A stretch of 64,000 nt of DNA from the NCBI GenBank assembly GCA_015680685.1, contig MNCI01002657.1, forward strand, positions 435,496-499,495. Direction: 5' to 3'. Position 1 is the first letter of the stretch. Each line of letters opens with the position of its first letter. Below, one piece after another: positions 54,301 to 64,000 of this stretch. Made by a program: the position numbers and the translations under genes. The notes beneath the pieces were generated by a model. It ran no database searches. It saw only the letters and a list, made by a program, of their open reading frames with translations, and was not told the origin of the DNA. The stretch is from Gnetum montanum (taxonomy: Eukaryota; Plantae; Gnetophyta).

Positions 54301-55489
54301 CCCTTAGTCTGAGCTAACATGGTGCCACGAAGAGTGGGACCCACCATGAAAGTCTCTAAGGCGGTATGAGTCAATGCAAGTCCATCATCACCTATGCATA
54401 CTTCTCCTTTGTCAAATTGGGGCCTGCAAAGGAACGACAGTCAAAACCTGAACAACCACTAAACATTAGAACAAAAACAATAAATTAAACAACCTTACCT
54501 CTCTACCCAGTACACCATTCCAGGAGGATTCTGGAATAAGGTATGTACATGAGTGGCCAGGAATAAGGTGTTATTGATGTCGTGAGCGCCATATGATAAT
54601 AGGTCCCATACATGTGATAACGGGTGGGTAGATCTGGGTCCTCCAGAGGGACCATCCTCAATCGTAAGCGGTTCCTCATCGATGTCCACCATGAAAGCCA
54701 CAATGCCATTTGAGGATCCTGGTAACATAGTCTCAAGCATGCTCAACACTAATTGTTCACTTAGATGCGACCATATTACCATGCTAAATTTTTCTAAGAT
54801 GAAGGAAAGGAATTCCCAGGCCCCTTATCTGAACCATACCCCATTGTGATCAATGGTCATATCAAGAACTGGCTCGTCAAAATCAATTGGACCAAACCAC
54901 GTCAGAACTCCAACAAGCTCCACCACTAGGAGGAAAGGTTTGGGATCCTTGCAAGTATTCAAGAACCAGGGTTGATAAGCTACGCATAAATAAAGTTCAC
55001 CTTAGGGACCAACACTAGGAAAAGCTGCTTTTCTTAACGCCCAGCGTGCAGACCCTGCATGCCACAAACCCTAGCGTGTAGACCCTGCACGCCACAAACC
55101 CCAACGTGCAGACCCTGCATGCTGCACATCTGGGCGTGTGAACCCTGCATGCTGAAAAACCCAGCATGCATGTCCTTCACACTGGAATGTGAACACACTA
55201 ACCCCACACGCTAAGTGTTTTGGCCCCATCCTTTACGCTATAGAAACATTCACGCTACAGAAACCTTATGCTATGGAAACATTTACGCTACGCAATGGGA
55301 AAAATCAACAAGAATAATAGGTAAAAAATAAAATTTTTGACAGAGGATCAGAGCCTACCGGCATGACGATCCTGACCATGACGGGATCATGGGTTTAGGT
55401 AGGCACTGGAGCATAGCCTGGCTTTCCTCCACAAAAGTCAAGCTAGGCTCCTTCCTTCCCTAGCCTTCTACTTGCTTACCCTTGCCCAT
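51330..55489 (-). pseudogene. Antisense multi-exon accessory gene, copy E (about 8 exons, apparently complete)
   Basis: ATG 55489; introns 55358-54980, 54498-54424 and 54151-~54068; further donors at 53019, ~52649, ~52358 and 51523; ORFs 54495, 53717, 53426, 53012, 52615, 51985, 51482. Confidence 0.85.
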
Positions 55490-56187
55490 CGATGCGTTCA
55501 CGCTGAACCCTGAACCTTACATTCATGCCATGTACAACCCTACACGTTGAGGGTTCCAGTTCTCCCTTCACGCTACGTTCACGCTAGAACACCAATCCCC
55601 CGCAAGCTGAGGGCTTCATTCTCCCTGCATGCTACAAACCCCAATGTGAAGACCCCGCACGTTGCGGATTCCATTTGAACATACACGCTGAACCCTTCAG
55701 TCTGACTCGTCGCACCCCGACCTACACCATCCTTGCTACATCCTTTGCACTGTTCCTACACCTGTCTCTGCCCGTACCACCTAAGGTTCGTCCCTGTGCC
55801 ACGCTATACTGGATCTTACCCTGAGCATACATTCATGCTGCGATTTGAGTTCATGCTGCAATTTCACCCACATTCACATTGTCTCAGAGTTAACTTTGAT
55901 GTTTACACTTGTTCTCCATTTTATGCACTACCACATGGCATACGCCGCTCCATGGAAATCGGTGTATGGGTATTTTATTTGGATGAAATAAAAAAAATAA
56001 ACAAAATAAACACAATGATTAGCTAAAATACAAATACATATAAACAAAGGTAAAGATAATTATATACTTGGCTAACCATTACCCATATAAATTCTTCTCT
56101 TGCACAGCATACTCTTCATCTAGCAGTCTCACATTAGGTAATGATTACAAACCGTACAATCAACTAGACATCATAAATGAACAAAAC

Positions 56188-56272
56188 ATGGCTCGATAAG
56201 GCCTTAAACTTCCATGATCAGTCTGTCATGACTATAAACTAAAAGGCAAGGCCCGGTATGGCCCTAAAATTC
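56188..56272 (+). repeat. Three hairpin-TAAACT units upstream of pol (E)
   Basis: GGCT cgataa GGCC ttaaact; AGTC tgtcat GACT ataaact; GGCC cggtat GGCC ctaaaat. Confidence 0.8.
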
Positions 56273-56410
56273 CATGAGTCTAGGTATGATGATAAATTAC
56301 CACTGCATACCTTAGTCACTGTTAAACGTACACATGAGTTACATTGCTTGGAAAGCATAACACCCCCTCTAGCTCACTTTGCTCCCTGTTTATTGGCAGG
56401 ATCAAGCGCA

Positions 56411-59400
56411 ATGGGTTGTATGAATCTATTCACACCATTGACCATTGATGGAACATACGGAAAGATCACAAAAGAAATCAACATAAATTCTATTGACTTA
56501 GGTCCATCAACAGATGACACATTTGTAGCCTCAATGCAACAAACATTAGACAACTATGAAGGTATGACAAAATCTCTAGACATAGAAGCTGATAGCATCA
56601 CTGAAGACCCTTTAACTAAAACCCCCATAACTATGCCTGATGGTGAAGTTAAAGTATTAAAATTGAGCTCACTATTACTACCTCAACTTGCCAAGGACAT
56701 GGAACACATGCTTCAAGAAAACATGAAAGCATTTGCTTGGTCTTACAATGACATGCTTGGACTAGATCCTCACATTTTCCAACACAAAATTATACTCAAT
56801 CCCAAGTTAAGACCAGTGAAACAGAAAGCACGCAAGGTCAAACCTGAGGGAGCACTGACAGTTCACAATGAGATGACTAAGCTTATCAAGCTGGTTTCAT
56901 TCGGGCTATTGACTACGATGATTGGGTGTCTAACATGGTTATAGTCCCCAAGAAGAACGGAAGCATTCTCTTATGCATAGACTTCCGGGATCTCAATATC
57001 GCAACCATAAAGGATGACTTCCCGTTACCAAGCATTGATCAACTTGTTGACTCAACTGCGGGGCATGCTCTATTGTCTTTTATGGATGGATTTTCGGGAT
57101 ATAACCAGATACGGATCAACCTAGAACATCAGCTCAGGATGACCTTCATGACACCATGGGGAACCTTTTGCTATACAATGATTCCATTTGGCTTGAAGAA
57201 TGCTGGTGCCACATATCAGAGAGCAATGACATTCATTTTTAGCAATTACATACTTCATTCGCTCAATGATTATGTGGATGACATTGCAGTTAAATCAAAA
57301 ACACCAGAGAAACACATAAAAGACTTAGATTTGGTTTTAAAACGTTGTCTAAAATATGAACTTAGGCTCAACCTAAAGAAATGTGTCTTTGGGGTAAAAA
57401 TGGACAAGATGCTAGGCTTCGTAGTATCAAAAATAGGAATACAAGTAGATCCCGACAAGGTTAAGGCTATCACCAACTTGAAACCACCAAGCAACCTTAC
57501 TGAACTCTGAGGTCTACAAGGTAGATTATAGTTCATCAGGAGTTTCATAGAAAAACTGATGGACAAGTTGAAACCTATGAACCACTTTCTACGCAAGAAC
57601 GTCCATTTTGAATGGACTTCACAATGCCAAGAAGCATTTGACAACATTAAAATGACACTTGTTCAACTATTGATAGTGTATCCACCTCAGAACAACAAAC
57701 CATTCTATATCTACTTGGCCACTTCAGATTCATCCGTCGTGTCTATGCTTTGCCAGAAATGAGATGATGGAACTGAAGTCCCTATTTATTATTTAAGCCA
57801 TGCATTAGTAGCCCATGAGAAGAAGTACAACAAGGTGGAGAGGTCANGTTTTCCTTAAAGAAATGGTGACATTACCTCTTCCATAACCAAGTCAATATAA
57901 TCTACAAGGATAATGTGCTCAGAGCCATCACGGGCAACCTCTATGAATCAAGTAAGATAGCTCGCTGGAAAGCCATGATAGCTGAGTTTGACCTACACTA
58001 CATAGCACAGTAATTAGTTAAGGGTCAAGCTATAGCAACTCAAATGACTATATCACCAATGCATGATCAAGCGACAATAGAGCCAAATTTCCCGGACGAA
58101 AATGTGAGTGCAATAGACATAGTGCCTGATAACTACGATGCCACCTTGAATTTTGATGGAGCATCCACCTCCCAAGGGGGAAGTGCCACCGCTGTCATCA
58201 CCTATCCCTCCAGGGAGATCCGACCCTTTGCTTATCATTTCAATTTTCACTGTACCAACAATGTCGCAAAGTACGAAGGTCTCCTTAGAGGTCTCACAGC
58301 AGCACTAGCTTCCAACATCACACGACTCGTAGTTAGAGATGACTCACAATTAGTTCTAAATCAAGTCACAGATGTTTATGCATGCAAAGAACAGCACTTA
58401 CAACCATATTGTGATTTGACTAAGCATTTGCTGAAGCGATTCAACAACATAGATGTACAACATATTTCTAGAAATGATAACACCATTGCAGATGCACTAG
58501 CTACGTTAGCCCTAAACTTAGCACCAAACATGTTCCACACGTTGCCTAGTTCTATAATCAGTTGTGCTAAACCCATAACTGATACTCCCGATGAATTATC
58601 AATTACATCAGTTAGTACAACACACATAGTAGAATGGTATGATGACATAAAAGAGTACCTTCTACATGGCGAAACACCACGACACCTAACAAATGCACAA
58701 AAGGACACAGTATGAAAATGTTCTCGACAGTATGCATTAGTAGGTAACACATTGTGTTGTAGATCCTATGAAGGTATCCTGTTAAGGTGCGTTAGTAGTA
58801 CTGATGGCCAGACCATTGTGGAGCAAGTACATGAAGGACTTTGTGGAGGGCACATAGCACCCAAAGCAATGGCAACCAAAATAAGGTGTTTAGGGTACTA
58901 TTGGCCACACATGGAGTACGACTATGTCTCCAAGGTCAAAATGTGTGATACATGTCAAAGGCATGGTAATCTTATACATGTCCCATCCAATGAGTTGCAT
59001 ACAGCTCAAATCACATGGCCTTTCCAAAAGTNTTATCAGTAATGATGGCCATTGGGATGCCAAAGTGGATCACAATGTTTTTGAGGATAAAGTTGCATAC
59101 TTGTTTCGAAGTGGTCTTCCTAAGAGGACTAGCTTCTACCCATTTCATAAAGGATTTAGTTGCGGTTATGATGAAGCTATGTCCTACCGAAGATGAGGGA
59201 GTTATTGGTCCAATGATGTCTAACTCCTACTTTTGGNCAGTGTCAAAACAAAAACCTTCTGCGATAACTTAGGCATTAAACATTCGTTCTTGTCCCCATA
59301 TTACCCTCAGAGAAATGGACAAGTAGAATCCATGAACAAGATTTTCATCTCAGTGCTAAAGAAGAGGCTTACGGAGAGCAAGAGAAAATGGCATGAATAG

Positions 59401-59868
59401 TTGGTATATGTGTTATGGACTTATCACACTACGCATCGGACTTCCATAGGTAAAATGCCATATAGTCTTGTTTATGTTTTGGAAGCTGTTTTACCTTTGG
59501 AGTTGCAGGTACCATCCTTAAGTATCACACTCTCTGGACTCCTCGATGAGGGTCAAAACAATGACTTGTGTGTTGTTGACTTGGACTTAGTGGAAAAGGA
59601 ACATACACATGTGCTCGATCAGATCGAGTGGTATTAGAAACAACAACGATGACACCATCAACATGACATTCACAAGTGCCCAATCAAAGAAGGTGACCTC
59701 GTACTTAAGACGGTCTGTGAATATGCGGGAAAGTTTGCAGCCAACTGGGAAGGGCCCTACATGGTAGCCAAAGCATACGACAATGGAGCATTTAAACTAG
59801 TTGACATGGAAGGGAATGAGTTTGCACACCTAACCAACCACTTGTACTTGAAACCATTCTACGTTTGA
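56411..59868 (+). pseudogene. pol: pol of E: RT, RH, aRH, INT
   Basis: CIDFRDLN, DGFSGYNQI, PFGLKNAGATYQR, YVDD; aRH FDGAS..TNNVAKYEGL; HEGLCGGH..CDTCQ; NWEGPY; stops and frameshifts. Confidence 0.95.
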
Positions 59869-59884
59869 GCATAAACTCAGGTAT

Positions 59885-60332
59885 GTGCTCATCCTAGAAT
59901 CATGACGGTAAACTGATACCACAGATCATCTTGGAATCATGACGGTAAACTAATGCCACAGATCATCCTGGAATCATGATGGTAAACTGATACCACAGAA
60001 TGTCCTGGAATCATGACGGTAAACTGATACCACAGATCATCCTGGAATCATGATGGTAAACTGATACCACAGATCATCCTTGCATTATGACAATAAACTG
60101 ACACCACAGTTCATCCGTAATGACAATAAACTAGCACCCATTCGGTACGATATTAAACTACCACAGTTTCGTTCGCCGGAGTCCGCTAAGACTATAAACT
60201 AGTTTGCCTCTCCACAGTGCACCAAGACTTTAAACTAGTAATGCACCATCCGTTACGATGCTAAAATGGCAACGTTCAATGGGTTATGATATAAAACTAA
60301 CCCACGACAGTTCGCTACAACTATAAACTGGC
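59885..60332 (+). repeat. 3' UTR array of E: five 37-bp tandem units, then diverged hairpin-TAAACT units
   Basis: (atcatgacggtaaactgataccacagatcatcctgga)n; AGTC cgctaa GACT 60180; CATC cgttac GATG 60247; AGTT cgctac AACT ~60309. Confidence 0.9.
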
Positions 60333-60807
60333 AACTTTATCTCTAGTTTCCCAATCGGTAGCTGCATTCAAACTTCATCAGAGCTGTTGCCTCACTCATC
60401 ATCAGTTGATCCTAACGACACTGCTGCCATTCATATTCAGTTCTTGAAATCTCATCTAGTGCCTTTGTTTCATCAGTCACATTCATGTCTAAAGTGTTCG
60501 CTAACTCATTCACTTGTGGTTTTCTTGTCTTCTTGGAGTTGTGTTTGCAGGATGACACCTAGGGATGCTCGTACATGTATACACTTCATCACGGTGACAA
60601 GGTGCCACATTGTTTCTGATGCATGCAACCAGGTTAATTAATCTATTCAAAAGTACATTCTCCATTTCCCTAACAATCTCGTTCCCTTTCCTACCTAGTC
60701 ACAATTCCCAGATACACCCAGTGCACCCAAAACTTTGAGCATACAGTTTCACGCTGTGACACTCTCAGGCAGTTGCAACACACAACACGACACATGAGCA
60801 TGAGTGT

Positions 60808-60970
60808 AAAATTGAAAAAAGAATAAAAAAATGAAAAAAGAATAAAAAATGAAAAAAAATAAAAAAATGAAAAAAAAGAACAAAAAAATGAAAAAAGAAC
60901 AAAAAAATAAAAAGGAACAGAAAAGAAAAAGAAAAAAGAAAAGAAAAGAAAGAGCAAAGAGCAAAATGAA
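60808..60970 (+). repeat. A-rich low-complexity tract in the 3' UTR
   Basis: aaaaaatg / aaaaaag / aaaag repeats. Confidence 0.9.
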
Positions 60971-61503
60971 TTGCAAGCCCTTGGCACTTCCCATACAAGC
61001 CCCAGGCAGGAAGACAGTGGTCTGGGAAAGAGCCGTTCGTATCTCACACCATCATGTTTCATCTCACTATGTGGCTTTAGCTGTTGGACAATGGGTTCCC
61101 TTAGACACTCTATAAGGGTCCTGTTTCTCCAAAGAATGCATCATCTCATCGCATGGCTTTGGTTGTGACAACAAGTTCTCTTAAACCTGATACAAGAGTC
61201 TTGTTCCTCCAAAGGACACACACCTCATACCTTGGTTCCAAGTCTACCAAACATTGGCCATCGACAAGGAACAACATGAATTGTTTGCAAAAAGATGAAT
61301 ACTCCTCTCCCACACCAGCACAATCCCTTGATCAATTCCCAATCCCCTAGACATCATCTGAAAAATTCATTTTCCAATCCCAAGTACTTCTGAACATGGT
61401 GCAAGGACATTTGGCCAAGTGTCAAAGGACAATGCCACTAAGTTGCTTGTGGTATTTTTTACTTCTTTGTTGATGCCTTTTGGGTCGATTCCTCCAAGTG
61501 TCA

Positions 61504-61514
61504 ACAAAGAGGGA
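61504..61514 (+). promoter_or_regulatory. Polypurine tract of E
   Basis: acaaagaggga a few bases before the LTR TG. Confidence 0.7.
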
Positions 61515-61518
61515 CCAA

Positions 61519-62950
61519 TGAAACACCACAAAAATTTTGGCTAACACTTGTAGATAGAAATTGAGCTAAGTCTTGACCAAGCTTGAAAGCCTCAAAAACA
61601 ACATCAAACAGAGCAACAATTGAACAAGAAAGAGTTTCCCGAGATCCATTTGAGACTACATCAACATCTAGCAACAAGAACTGCAAGTTTCAAACTCAAA
61701 ACACTTAGTTTTGACTAAGTATACTTCTTGCACACAGGCCTGCATGCCCAACATACAGCTCAGCGTGCAGCTTAGAGTGCAGCAACTTTTCAGCTCCAGA
61801 AATGAGTCAAAACATGTTAGAATTGAGCGTATGAACCCCCCAGGACCTTCCCAAGGGTTCCCAATAGCTCTCAGGAACTTGAAATTCAAATTTTGGGTCC
61901 AAATGATGGGTTTTCATGCTTGCACGTCCAATGTGCATGCCTAGTGTGTACCATCACAGACAAATCAAAATAGACACTCAGAGCATGATTTTCATAGGCA
62001 ATCAACTCCCAAAGGTAGGGAAGCTATCAGGCATTATCTTGGACTCCCAAAAATCAAGTTTTAACTTTGAAAAGTGGCACTTTCATGCCTGTACGCTGGA
62101 CTGCACGCCCAGCGTGTAGCTCAACATGCACCACTTTGAATAGGGTTGATCAGGCATTTTACTCAATATTTTGACATGGAGTCAGCTCCCAAGGCATGGT
62201 CAATGAATCTACAAGTCTAATGGCTCTAGAAACATCAATTTTAGGCATCAGAAGGGTCATTTTTAGCCCTGCATGCCTAGTGTGCAGGCCCAGCGTGTAC
62301 ACGCTGGCACACCACACACTTGTAAAGTTTCATTCTGTTGCACTTGGTCGATGCTCCACATGTCACCCGCTCTAAAATTCTAGCATGCCACAGCCAATCA
62401 TCCCATCTCAGATCTAAGTTTAATACCCAAACTTGTAGAAAACCCAGATTTTTGACCAGATAGGGATTGGAAAAATTAAGGAATCTGGGGCAAAAAAATT
62501 TGGGCAATTTGCGCTGAGAACATCCAGAACACCCATCTTGTACGCTAGACTTCGAACTTGCATGCTGAGCATACAGCCTCCACGCTGTGCTTGTAGTTTA
62601 AACTGGCATACCATCACCCCTCCACATCCACCGGGGCTCTTTGTCCACCTTGTGCCAGATCCACAACTGCGTTTAGACCGGTGCATTGTAATTTTCATCA
62701 TGCAATAATATTGCTGCATTTTGGCTAATATTTGATACATTTTTCATTCGTTCTTGTTTACCTCTTGTTTACATCCTTTCACATTTACGTTCTGGTTTAC
62801 ATTTATTACACTGTTTACCCATAACCTAGCGTATTACACATTGGTATACGTTTGGGGAAATCCTTGTCTGATCCACATGCAGACCACTCAAGGTACTCTA
62901 CCTTCGTCAGTTCTAGTTTGCCCTCAAGTGAAGGTAGGGTCTTCTGTGCC
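61519..62950 (+). repeat. 3' LTR of E, terminal ~60 bp missing
   Basis: Matches 44111-~45518, then switches abruptly into RT-coding sequence. Confidence 0.9.
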
Positions 62951-62954
62951 CTCA

Positions 62955-64000
62955 ACCGATCACCCACGCGATCTAGGGGTAGTCCTCAAGTGCTGCCAAA
63001 TGCATGACTTACGTCTCAATCTTAAGAAGTGCATCTTTGGAGTAAAGACCAAACACATGTTAGGGTTTGTAGTATTGGAGGCTGGAATATGGGTGGACCC
63101 CAACAAAATCAAGGCCATCATCAATCTAGCACCTCCCACAAACCTTAAGGAGTTACGCGGTTTACAAGGTAGGGTACAATTCATTCGAAGGTCCATAGCC
63201 AGGTTGATCGACAAGTTACACCCCATGCAACATCTTCTAAAGAAGGGGGTTGACTTTGAATGGACAACCCAGTGTCAATAAGACTTTGACAACCTGAAGA
63301 AGGAGCTCTCGCACCTCCCAACGGTGCACCCGCCGCAAAGGGACAAGCCTTTCTTCATATACCTTGCCACCTCCAACACATCCATAGCAACATTGCTATG
63401 TCAGAAGCAGAACGACGGTTTTGAGATACCGGTGTATTACCTGAGCCATGCACTAAGAGCATATGAGGAGAAATACAATGAAGTGGAGAGGAATTACCTA
63501 GACTTAGTATTCTCACTAAAAAAGTGGTGGCATTACCTGTTCCATAGCACAACCAACATCATTTGCAAAAGCAACATACTCTGGGCTATCACTAGCAACC
63601 TGTACGAAAGTAGCAAGATAGCCTGATGGAAGGAAATAATCGTGGAGTTTGACCTATACTATGTAAGTCAATTGTCAATAAAGGGTCAAGCCATAGCAAC
63701 CCAGCTTACGGCCTCGCCAGTCGATGACTAGGATACCATAGACCTAGAATTCCTGGACGAATATGTTAGCAATGTTGCCATCATCTTGTCATATTTTGAT
63801 GCTACCTTACATTTCGATGGTGCCTCAACCGTGCGAGGAGGTAGCAACACTACCACGATTACATTCCCCTCTGGGGAAATGTATCCATTTGCTTATCATT
63901 TTGCATTCCCTTGCACCAATAATGTGGCAGAATATGAGGGGCTACTTAGAGGCCTCTTAACTACCAGAGCACTACGTATACAACATCTGGAAATTCGAGA
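62955..64000 (+). pseudogene. pol: RT C-terminus, RNase H and start of aRH (probably D)
   Basis: LRLNLKKCIFGVK, WVDPNKIKAI, PFFIYLATS..IPVYYLSHAL, HFDGAS..CTNNVAEYEGL. Confidence 0.9.

Larger units (their letters stand above)
44111..62950 (+). mobile_element. Element E: near full-length (~18.8 kb) Tat/Ogre-like element
   Basis: Paired LTRs, PBS, gag-PR, antisense gene, pol, 3' UTR arrays, PPT. Confidence 0.92.
31385..64000 (+). mobile_element. Element D (contains nested E; continues off the right edge)
   Basis: LTR, PBS, gag-PR, antisense gene and RT start; RT broken at 44110 and RT/RH/aRH resumes at ~62955 (assignment of the resumed part to D is inferred). Confidence 0.8.

Noticed and set aside
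59032-59237. Inverted segment of the integrase core in E
   Set aside because: Bounded by single Ns, with ccaaaagt duplicated at the join; most likely a mis-oriented contig rather than a real inversion
60691-61115. Phe-rich and Lys-rich ORFs
   Set aside because: Translations of an A-rich low-complexity tract; the same applies to 6881-7194

Overview
Plant-type heterochromatin made almost entirely of six nested, decayed Ty3/gypsy LTR retrotransposons of one Tat/Ogre-like clade (PBS TGG(C/T)GCTAGAAGG; Gag with CX2HX4HX4C knuckle; RT-RH-archaeal RH-INT). My labels: L (1-4075, -), host H (+, pieces at 4076-4402 and 26084-31384), A (4403-26083, -, TSD CCATC), B (14464-24642, -, inside A), D (31385-64000, +, inside H) and E (44111-~62950, +, inside D; the most complete). 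I see no host gene. The unusual part is the element architecture. In the two elements that keep both parts (D, E), gag-protease and RT are separated by about 5.7 kb. This spacer holds an antisense multi-exon gene with spliceosomal introns; homologues occur in five divergent elements, with shared intron positions and a TATA box in two of them. The spacer ends and the 3' UTR carry arrays of a small hairpin (4-bp stem with compensatory changes, 6- or 10-nt loop, then N-TAAACT). Pol appears to begin at its own Met behind a conserved splice acceptor. Subfamily-specific ACGCT-core motifs are concentrated in the LTRs and around the 5' end of the antisense gene. All alignments were made by eye and boundaries marked ~ are approximate.
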